From assembly GCA_010093605.1 (NCBI GenBank), contig MU004181.1:806001-870000 (forward strand): a stretch of DNA of 64,000 nucleotides. The letters run 5' to 3'. Shown here in pieces: positions 50,904 to 63,721 of the stretch. The stretch comes from Lophium mytilinum (lineage: Eukaryota). The first letter of the stretch is position 1. Every line of letters starts with the position of its first letter. The notes below the pieces were generated by a model. The model worked only from the letters and a program-made list of their open reading frames with translations, was not told where the DNA came from and made no database searches. The position numbers and the translations under genes were made by a program.

Positions 50904-52007
50904 CTTGGGCGACTGATTATTGAGGTTACGTTGAGGTTCTCTCTTAGCTTGATCGTACCAGGCGGCCACAATACGTAGACCAAGGACAGCCGCTAGGTCG
51001 GACAAACAGCCCGCAGTGTCTATATCAATTCCAAGGTTCTGCAGTCCTGCCAGGGCCTTAAGAAGAGAGCCGTAGTGAATATACAGGGCCGACTGGAAAT
51101 CGCAGAGGCCCGGGGAATCCTTGAAGGTTGTGGCACGGGACCAACCAGGAGACTTTTTGGAAAGGTTACTACAGAAACGAGGCCTTATCCAGATAGAAAT
51201 GAAGATGTTTTTAGGTGGCTGTCAGGTATCGGAGGAAGATCTGGTGGCAACAGATTGTTGGAACCAAAAAATGATGACTACAGTAGAAGGCGTAGTCCTT
51301 ACTTCACACGGTACCCGTGACGGAAGGGGTCGTATCAGGGGTCGTTACAGACGGGACTCCGTATACTTCCTAATACTCTGTACTGATTTGCCTGCTTCGT
51401 ACGAGTGAATCCGATTAGCTGGCTGCTTTCCTCTGTTGTGATGCTGACGAGTGCGGGGGATTCTTCATGCAGTCATGGCCAGCGCATTCCCAGGCCAAAC
51501 AAAGTGTGCCATTGGGTTTGCGATGAAACATGCCTTCCTAGCTCCTAGCGACGAGGTCCCTGGATGTTGTTGTGGCGGATTTTGGCGCACGTGCTTGGGC
51601 GCTGCGTAGATCGCAGCACGCTAAATTCCAATGTTTGTCAACACGGGATCGCCAATGCTAGAAGTGCTGGCCCTCCAGGCCTCTCTGCCTACAACTTCTC
51701 TACTTCTCCCACTCCGCTTCGATCCCACCACATCTTTACAGCTATTGTTTATTGCATGTCGGGACAAGCTCTGGAGACTCTTGCGACCACAACAATAGCC
51801 ACCAGCTCCATACCCACCCACCGCCTCAACACACCGCCGCCGCTCACCATTCTGACACTCTGCCATACTCGCCGTCCCAGTATCTGCTCGCTTCCGATCT
51901 TAGACTGAGACATATCTCACTGTGCGAAGACTCGAGAAAGGGAGGACTCCTCGGTGCTGTGCTTGCTCTCTGCCAACGGCGCATCTCCAAACACTGCCAT
52001 CACAACA

Positions 52008-54042
52008 ATGCCTCCTGGATCTGCGACCAGTTATGGGCAGGTTATCGAATACATTCAAGGTATGTTTGCGCAACAATGCGGATGCGAGACTCTTACCCTC
52101 CAATTGTTGTCTAATACTGACAATGGGACCTGTTAGACCGGCTGTACCTAGCCTCATACACCCATACTCCAGATGCCAACACACCGTTTCCCTACCCCAA
52201 ACAGAGTCGATCCCCCAGCAAGCGATCATCACGAGCGCAAGCAGGCCCCACAGCTACTGGACCGAAAAACCATCCTCCAGTCTATTTCTCCATCGATAAG
52301 AGCCTCTTATACAACGCCTTCCATGCCGACTTTGGTCCACTCCACATCGGACATTTGTACAGATTCGCGGTGCAGCTGCATGAAGTGCTGGGAGATCCGG
52401 GGAATGAGGAGAGGGCAGTCGTTTTCTGGAGCAATGCTGATTCAAGGAGTGAGTCCCCATAGCAACATTTGTTTTGGTCAGATTCTAATGTTTTGAAGGT
52501 CGCGCAAATGCGGCCTGCATCTTGGCCTGCTACATGGTCCTGATACAGTCATGGCCACCACATCTAGCCCTCGCGCCAATTGCACAAATGGATCCCCCGT
52601 GTATGCCGTTCAGAGACGCAGGTTACAGCCAGGCTGACTATGTGATCAACATCCAAGATGTTGTGTACGGAGTATGGAAGGCCAAGGAGGAGGGTCTCTG
52701 TGGGCTGAAGGAGTTCAGTTTGGAAGAGTATGTATAGCCGCCGCCATATCATGTGCGATGCTAACCTAAAGTCAGGTATGAGAAGTACGAGCGCGTCGAC
52801 ATGGGAGACTTCAACTGGCTGACACCAAGCTTCCTCGCCTTCGCATCACCACAACACAAGCCAACCCACGTGATACCACAATCCTCGCCGATGTATGACA
52901 CACTACCCACGAATATCGCCGATGTACAAAAATCCAACCTCCCCACGCCCTTCAAGAATGTGTTATCTCACTTCTCTGCGCGCAATATCGGTCTAGTCGT
53001 GCGACTCAACTCGGAGCTGTACTCGCCCTCATACTTCGAAGCGCTCAACATTCAGCATCTCGACATGATATTCGATGATGGTACTTGCCCGCCACTGTCA
53101 CTGGTGAAGAAGTGGGTCAATCTCGCGCACGAGGTGATTACCGTGCGGAAACAAGGGATAGCGGTCCATTGCAAGGCTGGTCTTGGTCGCACTGGGTGTC
53201 TGATCGGCGCATACCTAATATACAGGCACGGGTTCACGGCAAATGAGATCATTGCGTTCATGCGTTTCATGCGCCCCGGCATGGTTGTTGGACCTCAACA
53301 GCATTGGCTACATCTCAACCAAGGAACCTTCCGGGAGTGGTGGTACGAGGACACGATGAAGGCCAAGATGGCTGAGATGATGCCGTCTACACCCACGAGG
53401 ATTTCGCACAAGCAACGCCTTGCTAGTAACGGACAGACTTTCACACCCCCCAACGGTTCCCAGAAGCGGTCCGCTCTCGGCGAGATCCACTCCAACGACC
53501 AGAACAGCGGCAGCAGCTCCATGGTCCAAGACGAGAACCTTCCTGCTCCCACACCCGGCCAACCCCGGAAAACAAGCAAGCTATACGGCGGAGTCAGCAG
53601 CAGACACCCTTCTCCGCACCGAGCAGCGGAGAACGAGCCCTTTGTGAAGCCCGACGCCGAAATCACTACCATACAGCGATACACCCAAGGCGAGTCTGAG
53701 AGCGAGGAGGAATACCAACTCCGCCTGATGGCTCGGCGAACAGCATCGCGATCACCCATGTCCAAGGAGAAGCGCCGCGCCGTGAGCTGCACTACTACTA
53801 CCACCTCCACAATCACCACAACGGCATGGGTGCCCGGTGGCGAGAGCGACATCGAGAACCAAGGCGTCAACCGCCCCAAGACGCCCGCGCGGGAAAAGAG
53901 CGCAGGCCGCGGCGGCGACCTCAGCATCGGCAAGCGATCCAGCCCGTCACGACGAAGCGGAGAGCACAAGAGCGGTGTTCGCAAGGTCAGCGGGAGAGTT
54001 GGCAGCGTCGGCAACGCTACCCTCGCGCGTACCAAGTCATGA
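52008..54042 (+). CDS. CDC14: Dual-specificity phosphatase Cdc14 (4 exons)
   Basis: YGQVIEYIQ/DRLY, YNAFHADFGPLHIGHLYRF, PFRDAGYS, FDDGTCP, catalytic HCKAGLGRTG. Confidence 0.95.
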
Positions 54043-55418
54043 GAACGAGAGAGTCCAGGTTCTGAATCATCGCGTGCATCATGGCGTCTCCTTCAAGTAA
54101 ACGGCATTGCTGGCGTACACTGGCTACTATGAGCTCATTCTATCCTCCTTCCCCGGTCTGGATGGTGCAACTCATCTCGATCATCTCTCCTCGGCGTGTT
54201 CCCTGGTTTGCGTCGCGTATAGGCGGTGGTGTTCTGGAAATCTTGGTGGCGGGCGTCTATTGTTGTGGTCTGGTCATTCTGCTTTCTTGTACCTTTTTCC
54301 CTCCTTTTCCTTTCCTTTTTTCCTTGTTGTGTTTGTTCATGGATTTCAGTTCATTTTCTGTCTCTTTCTGTCGAGCGACGGGCGTACATGACGTGCATGA
54401 CATTAAATGAGAGCGCGAGACAGTGTAATACTTCACCATGCTTCCCTCGCATGTGCTTGTGATGCGATGATTGATTGGATAGGTTTAGTGATTGGTATTA
54501 CCTGCCAATAGTAAGCTGGCAAGTGGTAAGCTACCTACGCTAGACGGAACTTGTTGGAAGCTCTTCTTGGTATCTCGATTGAGCATACTTCCACCACCAA
54601 TCCGGGACTCACTGCGACGAATTGGCAGTGCACTTGTTGAAGGTGTTTCTGGTGGTCCAAGACGACGCCGTTCTACTCGCAAACGCTGTTGCTAGTACTC
54701 CTCGATCTCCATGTATGTATGAGAGTCTCGTTGCCTCTTCTATGGCGGTGGCCCGGTGTCGCAGCATATCCGATAAAACCAAGGCCTCCGCCGCCCGGGG
54801 AGACTAAGCGGAGAATGTGTGAGTTTTGGGAGGACAATTGATAGTGATATTGAGACACAGATAGCGAGGGGAGAACGCCTGAGTGACAAAGAGAAGGGAA
54901 GGTAAAGAAGAAGCTCGGAACGTGGCAGATAACGGTAGGAATAAGGGGTGAAATGCAGTGCCCGGTCGCTGGCATTCCTTCTATATTCCAAGACACTTAT
55001 GGAGGAACCCTGGATGCGGTAATGAGGTGGCTGAAGAGTGGAATCACGCACCTGATTCGTGCGCGAAGCTAGAGATTAGAATCGAGTGATCAACTGGAGG
55101 CTAGAAATCACTCCTATATCCAGGCCCGAGGAAGGTGTGAGTGGCTTAGGAGGCCTCTCGCTTTTTGGATGCATTCATCGGCGGTGACGGGTTGATACGG
55201 GTAAAGTGACGTGTAAGAGCGAGCTGGTTGAATGCCTCCCGTTTGAAAGAAGATCGAAGGACGCACATTATATCGGGTAAGCTCTGACGATTCATTCGTG
55301 TAGCAAGCGAGTTCTAGTGAATTTGAAATGTAAATGCATTACCGTTGTTCCAGTCCTTCCGAATAATGGATCTGCTTGATCGCCAGCGCCCTTCTTCCAA
55401 TAAAAACATTAAACCACA

Positions 55419-55480
55419 TCCACCAAGTCCACCACGTCCACCACGTCCACCACGTCCACCACGTCCACCACGTCTACCAC
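55419..55480. repeat. (CCACGTCCA)n 9-bp tandem repeat, ~6 units
   Basis: Directly visible. Confidence 0.85.
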
Positions 55481-55553
55481 ATCCACCTGCAGAGCTTTGA
55501 ACGCCCTGGACTGCATCGCTGCTCAATGATTAGCTACTTCAGATACTCTCACG

Positions 55554-56322
55554 ATGACTAAAGACGTCAGCAAGGGGCAAGACGATTCTGAGTTGCCACC
55601 TCTCGACGACAGACTGGTTGCATCAGCAGCTGCAAAGCTTAATGCTGCCAATATTCCCTCTGTCCTCTGGGGTAATTCCATGTCAACTATATTTGGCATT
55701 CTAATTATAGTTAATGTACGTACCTTGCGTTAATTTAAGCTAACCAGCTCTAATATGTGTCCAAGGGCATTGCCTTCGTTTTAATAATGATTTTATGGAT
55801 GCTGCCTTTAACACTCTTTAAGGTGCCGGGTTTAAAAAGTGTAAGTTAGAAGATTACAATAGTAATAAGAAACTTTTCTATGCTCTAACCCCTTACGCCC
55901 ATCTCTATATTACTAAATCCGAACGGCTAGGCCTCTATAAAAAATTTGACATTTTATGGCGGCTCCCAAATCTATTGGACGTAGACGGCGAAAGCATAAC
56001 TCTAGCATCTAATCTTAATCAACTACCCGGACTAGATATCCTAGGAAGAAGAGGGCGATACCAGCAGGATCTGCATCCGGTGCGTGTCCCATGCGTCTAT
56101 TAACTAGTTCAGGCCCTGCTTTTGCTTGTAAAGAGAGACCAGAATACGTACGGAGGATACTGGATGAACTGGATCAGTTATATATTAGAATATTGCACCG
56201 AAAACAGCGTCTTCGATGAAAGCCGACTGACTGGGAATTACAAGACGTACATCAACGCTTTCGTTGAGGGCGATCACAAATTGAGAAAGCAGGCTTTTGA
56301 ACGTATTGGCCTCACAGAGTAG
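55554..56322 (+). pseudogene. Pseudogene of a conserved fungal hypothetical protein with RIP-like damage
   Basis: ATG 55554, intron ~55716-55765, a frameshift near 55780, in-frame TAA at 55819 and 56101, locally AT- and TpA-rich; protein-like remnants IPSVLWGN, RLGLYKKFDILWRLP, LLLVKRD..YWMNWISY. Confidence 0.7.
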
Positions 56323-56824
56323 TTGGGCCGTAGGTGGGTCCTATATGTCCACCAGTCTCATCTTCAACCTTCTTTAGCCTCAAACGAACGTCGTTCAGTA
56401 TTACCATATCCAACTCATTTTCATATTCATAGCTCCTCACGAAACCATCTAGCCTTCATCTTTACAGAGAATAATGTCGTTGACGACGCAGACATCAGAC
56501 TTCTCCCTGCATTTTGAGGTCATCGCGGATTTAACGCACATAACCCCGTTCGTATTTCGGCTTTGCATGTTCGCTTTTCGCATTCATATGTCGATATTCC
56601 AGAACGGATTTGCGAGTACTTATCTCCGCGTAAGAGAAGATGCAGTCTCAGTTCTAGACATCTATATATCTATTTCGCTTTTGCCACCAAACTCATCTCT
56701 TCAGTATCTTCGTAATAGCCTCCACCCCCTTTTCCGGATCATAAACACATATCCTCAGCACGCCCCCATCCGCTCATTAAGACTAAACCCACCATCAAAG
56801 CCTCCACCAACCCCTCACCCCAAA

Positions 56825-57943
56825 ATGCCCACCCACAAAGCCCTCCTCCTCTCCTCCCTCACTACCCCCATCTCCCTCCAAACCCTCCCCACCCCCTCCC
56901 CAACCCCAGGCTCCGCCACCCTCCGCGTCCTCGCCGCCGGCCTCCAATCCTACACCCGCGCCATCTTCACCGGCGCCCTCCCCTACCCCCTCGCCCTCCC
57001 CCAAGTCCCCGGCGCCAGCTGCATCGCGCGCGTCCTCGAACCCGGCCCCGACGCCACCGCCCTCCTCCCGGGCCAGCTGGTGTGGGTCGACGCCACCATC
57101 ACCGCGCGCGACGACCGCGACTGCAGCTTCCTGCTCGGGCTGCACGGCGGCGTGAGCGCGGGCAGCCAGAAGCTGATGCGGGAGAGCTGGCGCGACGGGT
57201 GCTACGCGCAGGTCGTGTGCGCGCCGCTGGAGAACTGCTATGCGCTGGACGAGGCGTTGCTTGCGCGGTACAGCGTCGAGGAGCTGGCGGGGCTGTCGAC
57301 GCTGCTGGTGCCGTTTGGGGGGTTAGAGGAGGCTGGGGTGGGCGCGGGGGTGACGGTGGTGGTGGCGCCGGCGACGGGGAAGTTCTCCGGGGGTGCGGTG
57401 GTGGTTGCGTTGGCGATGGGGGCGAGGGTGGTGGCGGCGGGGAGGAGTCCGGAGGGGTTGGAGAGGTTGAAGGGGTTTCCGGGGGCGGGGGAGAGGTTGA
57501 GGACGGTGCGGCTTGTGGGGGATGTGGAGGAGGATGCGGCGGCGTTGTTGCGGGCGACGGGGGGGAAGGGGGCTCAGGTTTATATGGACTTGTCGCCGCC
57601 GGCGGCTGGGAAGGATGGCTCGCCGACGCATGTTGCGGCGTGTTTGAGAGTATTGAAGAGGGGTGGGACGGCGCTATTTATGGGGGGCATCCAGGGGGTG
57701 GTGGAGGTGCCGTATGGGTTGATGATGTTTAAGAATTTGACGGTTAAGGGGAAGTTCATGTATGAGCGTGCGCAGGCGGAGAGGCTGATTAAGATGGTGG
57801 AGTTTGGGAGTTTGAAGATGGGGGAGGCGAGTGGGATGACAGTAGCGGGCACGTTTGGGCTCGAGGACATTGAAGAGGCTTTAGACTTGGCAAGTCAGAG
57901 GACGGGATGGGGAGGAGATGTGGTGCTCGTGCCGAATCCTTAG
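56825..57943 (+). CDS. Medium-chain (GroES-like) alcohol dehydrogenase/reductase
   Basis: Intronless; PGASCIARVLEPGPDATALLPGQLVWVD, WRDGCYAQ, Rossmann APATGKFSGGAV, KNLTVKGKFMY. The ORF-track extension upstream to 56474 is unlikely to be coding. Confidence 0.88.
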   Translation: MPTHKALLLSSLTTPISLQTLPTPSPTPGSATLRVLAAGLQSYTRAIFTGALPYPLALPQVPGASCIARVLEPGPDATALLPGQLVWVDATITARDDRDCSFLLGLHGGVSAGSQKLMRESWRDGCYAQVVCAPLENCYALDEALLARYSVEELAGLSTLLVPFGGLEEAGVGAGVTVVVAPATGKFSGGAVVVALAMGARVVAAGRSPEGLERLKGFPGAGERLRTVRLVGDVEEDAAALLRATGGKGAQVYMDLSPPAAGKDGSPTHVAACLRVLKRGGTALFMGGIQGVVEVPYGLMMFKNLTVKGKFMYERAQAERLIKMVEFGSLKMGEASGMTVAGTFGLEDIEEALDLASQRTGWGGDVVLVPNP

Positions 57944-58266
57944 GCAGTCATGAAGTGGTGAGATTAGCGCGTGTCGGGGTCAGTGTTCAGGTTCTTCCTA
58001 ACGGGATAATAGTGGAAAGATTGTGTGAAGCTGACCGATGAATGGTGACCGTTAAGGATGCTGGTGCATGACATCCCCCGATGGAAGCGGGATCATTTTC
58101 TCAATATTCGAAATGTTTCCGGCCAGCATTGGATGTAGTTTCCTAGAGGATGGGAGGTAGGCCTTGTACCCAGCCAGCCTGGTAATGCAACGAACTGCAC
58201 TGCGGTAAAGGGACCTGTAATTTCATTACTTTTCTGAACGCTAGCCTTGTCATGCTTTCGATCTCT

Positions 58267-58923
58267 TTACGCTTCCCGCTCCTTTCCCTCGGCAAGCTTC
58301 GTCAACGCGTCCCCATCCACCCTCAATCCTACCCACTCCACCATTCTCTTTGCTCCCAGCGCCTCATAGAACTCTAGGCTCGGCTTGTTCCAATTCAAAC
58401 ACGACCACTCCAACCTCCCGCCTTTTATTCTGACTACCTCCTGCGCCAACTCCCGTATGAGGGCCTTGCCGTACCCCCTCTTCCTGTATTTCGGTTTGAC
58501 AAAGAGGTCCTCGAGGTAAATACCTGGCGCGGCGCGCCAGGTGCTGTAATTGTGGAAGTATAACGCCATACCTGCGACCTCGCCTTCGGGCGCTGTAAGG
58601 AGCAGCGTATTCGCGTAACCTCCAAATGTTTGTAGACGGGGTGCGCTGTCTTCATGCAGTTCCTTGCAGTCATGCGTGTGGTGGGGACAGGGCAAGGTAG
58701 GCGATTGTCGGAGAACGCGAGATGGGGCAAACGAGAGCGTGCGCGCGAGCGACTCTTCTGTCGCTAATACAGAAGATGTCTCGTTTTCATAGGCAGCGAG
58801 CTCGTGAATGAGAGCCAGAATGGTGGGGACATCTGGGGCTAAGGTTAGCGAATATTGCGGTAGACTTGAGCAGGATGGAGGACCTTCGCGTGTCGCAAGG
58901 TGGATTGTCGCCGCAGTAGCCAT
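58267..58923 (-). CDS. GNAT acetyltransferase (polyamine/diamine N-acetyltransferase, ats1-like)
   Basis: LIHELAAYE, GMALYFHNYSTW, IYLEDLFV..RKRGYG, RLEWSCLNWN..FY; a probable in-frame intron at ~58833-58883. Confidence 0.88.
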   Translation of the reverse strand: MATAATIHLATREGPPSCSSLPQYSLTLAPDVPTILALIHELAAYENETSSVLATEESLARTLSFAPSRVLRQSPTLPCPHHTHDCKELHEDSAPRLQTFGGYANTLLLTAPEGEVAGMALYFHNYSTWRAAPGIYLEDLFVKPKYRKRGYGKALIRELAQEVVRIKGGRLEWSCLNWNKPSLEFYEALGAKRMVEWVGLRVDGDALTKLAEGKEREA

Positions 58924-59267
58924 TGCTTAGAATGGGATGGATCGAAGACTATTGAGGAGGTGGAGGTTGAGAGGGAATTCCAAATGGTGGAAGACCTTAC
59001 AAAACACACTTCGCGCACGCCCTATGAGGTCGAATGACGACCAAAGGTGGGTGCTTACATACCAACGGCACCAGCCGATTGGATGCAGACGAGACAGCTG
59101 CAAACACCAAAAACACGCGAAGCTAGTGTCCGCTGGAGAGTTGGTAAAATATATCAGCCACGCGAAGAAGTGGCAAAACACTCTAGCCAGACTGCTGAGT
59201 GTTTAGCTGGTTCTTAAATGCTGTACTCTCCGAAGAGTCTCTCCAAACCTAGCAGAGCTTAATCGTT

Positions 59268-60569
59268 CTATTGCGAATCTTTGTGCTGCAAGTTTCCGTT
59301 GTTCTGCAAAGGTTCGACGTTTCTCGGAGGCATCGGTAATCTTCCGCGTTCATCGACACCGGAAAACAAGAGGTCGGCCTCGACGGGATCAGTCCATACT
59401 CTTCGAAGACGCTCCTTTGCGGCCACAGAACCCCACACAACAGTCCACCTATTCAAGCTCGACTCCCAGACAAGCTTGCAGCAGAGTTGGGCAATACCAT
59501 GGTACAATCTCTGCATGAACCGAGGCGTGATGCGGTTGCGGCTCGTATAGTCTCTCGCATCGGTCGCAGTAGACTTCGGTGGATAGAGGCTATGCAGTAG
59601 ACGATTTTTAGCCTGATCCAGATCGGAGGCTGGGCCTGATTGTTCCAAGAGATGCAATGGTATCTCCGAGCTGAGGTCCGTGTTCGCGCCCTCTGGACGC
59701 ACAGTTCCTATTGAGCGTAGCGAGACCGGCTCCCACTTTATGTCACCAAGAGCAAGGCCGTGGAGTCTATCCCATTCTTGCTCTGGCAGTGGCGGCAGCA
59801 TCCTTTCCATAGCATACTTATACCAGTTTCTGACCATGTTCTTGGCACGTTTGACAGGCATGGGACGGCCCCAGCTGTTCGTGGTCGGCGCAATCAACGA
59901 GACTGACCTCAGAGCATGCCGGGGATTGCTTCGTGGCCGGTATTGACCGTTGGCCTGTATCACTGCCTCCAATTGCGGGTATTCCTTGGAGATTCTAATT
60001 TGAGCCTTGTCGCCTGATTTGCCCCTTGGAGCATCGAAGAATGAAAGCACCCTGCTGTCGTCATGGTAGAGCTCTTGCAGGGGCTTCTTGTTGTTTGCGG
60101 GAGTCTCTTTCAAAATGGCTCCAAGAGCATCCGAACTCTCTGGGATCGCAGGCTGAAGGAGAGGTTGTATCAACTCATGGCGCCGTCTCCCCGTCCGGCC
60201 ATATGCAGCAAGCAAAACTTTCCGAAGAGGGCGGTGTTCGCCATTGTTAGCTTGCCGAAGCAGCGAGAGAGCCTGGCGACCCTTTCGAAGTTTCTCTGAC
60301 GCTCTAAGGTCGATGTTGGCCGCGAGGAGCCGTTGCTTGGGTTTTTCGTTGATCTCCCTGAACGGCCGTGAAGCCTTGTCAATGGGCTGGTAGGATCGAA
60401 AGCGCCATAGGATGAAACGGTGGAAGTACTCGCGGGCAGTCTGGTCGGGCAGATAGGACGCTTCGCGGAGGAGGGCGCGACAGAGCTGGGTCGGCGAGAG
60501 GTGCTCGTTTGGGGGGGTGCCACGAATTTTGCGGGATGTAGCGGAGAGCAGCCGTGCGGTGGGCAGCAT
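59268..60569 (-). CDS. LYR-motif (Cup1-like) probable mitochondrial protein
   Basis: 433-aa ORF; basic presequence; LCRALLREASYLPD..RF; AYGRTGRRR; NSWGRPMP; ITPRFMQRLY. Confidence 0.7.
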   Translation of the reverse strand: MLPTARLLSATSRKIRGTPPNEHLSPTQLCRALLREASYLPDQTAREYFHRFILWRFRSYQPIDKASRPFREINEKPKQRLLAANIDLRASEKLRKGRQALSLLRQANNGEHRPLRKVLLAAYGRTGRRRHELIQPLLQPAIPESSDALGAILKETPANNKKPLQELYHDDSRVLSFFDAPRGKSGDKAQIRISKEYPQLEAVIQANGQYRPRSNPRHALRSVSLIAPTTNSWGRPMPVKRAKNMVRNWYKYAMERMLPPLPEQEWDRLHGLALGDIKWEPVSLRSIGTVRPEGANTDLSSEIPLHLLEQSGPASDLDQAKNRLLHSLYPPKSTATDARDYTSRNRITPRFMQRLYHGIAQLCCKLVWESSLNRWTVVWGSVAAKERLRRVWTDPVEADLLFSGVDERGRLPMPPRNVEPLQNNGNLQHKDSQ

Positions 60570-60987
60570 GAGTGGACAGTACGGCGGACGGGCTTACGGC
60601 AGAGCCATAGACGCGTGTGGAGCGCAAATAGACCCGAGATAGCACGCTGTATGCCGTTTGGAAGGGTGATGTAGGGGCACTTAGCGGTGGATTTATTTGG
60701 GCCACGCTCCGAACTTTGGTTCTTCGGCCCACGACGCGAACCGGGCACGTCCAACCTGAAAGACGTCTTCTTCAACACCACGCCCCCATCACCACTCCCG
60801 CTACCCATCCCGTCTTCGCGCACCCTCTCCCGCCCGTGTCTCGGCCCCCGCAAACGTCTCCGCCGTGGAAATCGTGCTCGTGCCTGTCGCACCACTCACA
60901 TTCCCATCCCGACACCCCTCACAGGCTCGCGCCATGCGCTGAGCGTCTCCCGCCTACCGACTCACCGCGTTCTCCGTTCGCTGCACT

Positions 60988-63721
60988 ATGCAAGTTGCGC
61001 GCTCGTCCTTGGCATCCTCGTTCCCCTCGGGCTCTCCCTCGCAGTCCGCCATGTACAGCAACTCTCCGCACCAGATGATGGTGCAACCCTCGCCATTTAG
61101 GAGTTTTGGTGACTCCAATGGCTACACCCACCCCATGGAGAAGCCGCAGATATACACAGTAAGCCACTCCCGCGCACGCTTCGTTCTCTGCTAATCTGGC
61201 TGCTAAGGCCGTGTATTCGGGCGTCTCCGTCTACGAAATGGAAATCAACCGCGTGGCCGTCATGCGCCGGCGCTCCGACTCCTGGCTGAATGCCACCCAG
61301 ATTCTGAAGGTGGCCGGCGTGGACAAGGGCAAGCGCACGAAAGTTCTGGAAAAGGAGATTCTCACTGGCGAACACGAAAAGGTGCAAGGTGGCTACGGGA
61401 AGTACCAAGGCACGTGGATAAACTACCGCCGCGGGAGGGAGTTCTGTCGCCAGTATGGAGTCGAAGATATCCTTAGGCCGCTGCTGGACTACGACATGAG
61501 TGCCGACGGAAGCGCTGGCCAGGGCATCGATACACCAACAAAGGAGCAAGCCATGGCAGCAAATCGAAAGAGATTCTACACAGCCAGCATGGATGGTCGC
61601 AACTCTACCCAAAACGTCGGCGGCACCTTTTTCTCAAACATCTCCTCAACAGCGACCAGCGCACTCGCTGCTATGAACAAAGTCGCACGTATGAACTCTC
61701 CCGCACCACGACCTTCGAGTTCGTCCCAGCGGAGATCCATGGGAAGGCCGTCGCAAGCACCTGTGGGCAGCCAAGAATCATTTCGGGGAAGCCAACAGAG
61801 CGCTCCAAGTCTTGCTTCTGAGCGGAGCTTTGGTGCGAACGGCACTGGCGATTCGGCCTATGCCACTCAGCGCTTCAGTGGAGACTACGATGGACCTACC
61901 GACTCCCAAGAACCACCCCGGAAAAGGATGCGGCCATCTCAGGAGGAGTCCTATTCCCAGCCAAACGGGGCCGAAGTCTCCATGCGCGAGGGAACGCCCA
62001 CCGAGCCTAGTGACTCTTTCATTTACCACCAGCCAGGACAGCATCTGACCACCGCCGACGGAGAAGTGCCCACTGCTCTAGCTCCACTCCCACCGCCTAG
62101 TGACGAAAGATCGGAACTGAAGCAGGCTATGTTGACTGATCTCTTTGCCGATCAGTCCAGGACCGATTTCTCAAACCATCCTGCCATCAAAGAGCTGTCT
62201 GGTTCTGATTTAGACATGCCTATTGATAATACCGCAAATACGGCATTACACTGGGCTGCTACTCTAGCTCGCGTGTCGCTTATGCGACTGCTTGTCTCCA
62301 AGGGCGCCAACATGTTCAGGGGCAATGCTGCTGGCCAGACCCCGCTCATGAGCGCTGTCCTGGTAAACAACAGTCTTGACCACAATAGCTTTCCTGAAAC
62401 GCTGGAAATTCTAGCACCTCTCATAGAGTTGAGAGACGCTCAAGGCCGAACTATTCTCCATCATATTGCCGTCACATGTGCCATCAAGGGTCGCGCTGCA
62501 TCAAGCAAGTACTACCTCGAAGCGCTTCTGGAATACCTCGTCCGAAGTAATACCGGTTCAAACAGTCAGTCAAACTCTTTCGACGGGAGCGGCAATTTAA
62601 CAACGAAGCCAATAGGCCTGATGAGATTCATGCAAGAAATGGTCAATGCCAGAGACAAAGGCGGTAACACAGCCCTGAATCTTGTAGCACGCATCGGGAA
62701 TCGTAGTATCATCTCGCAATTGATGGAAGTCCAGGCGGACCCCACGATACCGAATTACAAGGGCATGAGACCTATTGACTTTGGCGTGGGAAGCGAACTG
62801 GAACGCCCAGATCCGCCGTCCATGAGCCAGATGAGTTCGCCAAGCAAAAGCAAGGCACCATTGAGTAAGGTTGAGGAAACGAGCAGAGAGATGCTACCGC
62901 GTAAGTACTCCCTGAACCATGTACCACTTGATTGCCAGGCTCTCTTTGAGCGACTCTCCACAGAGACTGAAATACTAACATTCATCGCAGTCTTTCAATC
63001 CTTCCTTTCGCAAGCATCGACTCAATACAACCAAGAATCTCGACTAAAACAAGACGCCATAGACCGCTTGAACGAATCTATAGCGCAACAATCCGCGCTA
63101 CAGAAATCCGAATCGCTCCACCTCGACAACCTCCGCCAGAATCTGCGTGCTCGAACTGATCGCTCCCAACGAATAGTAAACCTCCGGCGCTGGGTAGATG
63201 CACAGCGACGCATGCTCATTCTCGCCGACCCTGCGGGCTTGCAGGGTGCTAACAAGATCCGGGTGGGCGACGCAGACGATCAGGGCGCGGGCGTCTCTAT
63301 CCGTCTCGAAGCCCTACCTGAGACGGCGAAGAGCGCGAGTAGGAGTTTGAATCTTCCGCCGTCATCGTCAACCGACTTTCTCAAGATCCCGCCGCTGCCA
63401 CTAGATGCGTCTAACATGTCTGCCGAGCAACATAACTACCTCTCTCGCTTACCAAGCGCGGCTGTGCTCCGCAGTAAACTGGAATTATATGTCGAAAACA
63501 ATTCCAGTCTCGCTGAGCGCAGCAAAAACCTGAAGAGAACGAACGGCGAGCTGGGGGTTACGTATCGCAAAGTTGTGTCGCTGTGCGCCGGCGTCGCAGT
63601 GGCAGATGTAGACGCAAAACTGACCTCGCTGATTGCAGCCATTGAGAGCGAGGAGGGCGACGCGATTGATCTGGGGCGCGTGAAGGAGTTTTTGAGGAAA
63701 GTTGAAGGGGTTGAAGGCTAA
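60988..63721 (+). CDS. SWI6: APSES/KilA-N plus ankyrin MBF/SBF subunit (Swi6/Cdc10-like)
   Basis: IYT/AVYSGVSVYEM..WLNATQILKVAG..HEKVQGGYGKYQGTWI; ankyrins (TALHWAATLAR, TILHHIA, GNTALN); intron 61159-61208 and a probable in-frame intron ~62901-62990. The Swi6-versus-Mbp1 call is from recalled motif differences. Confidence 0.8.
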
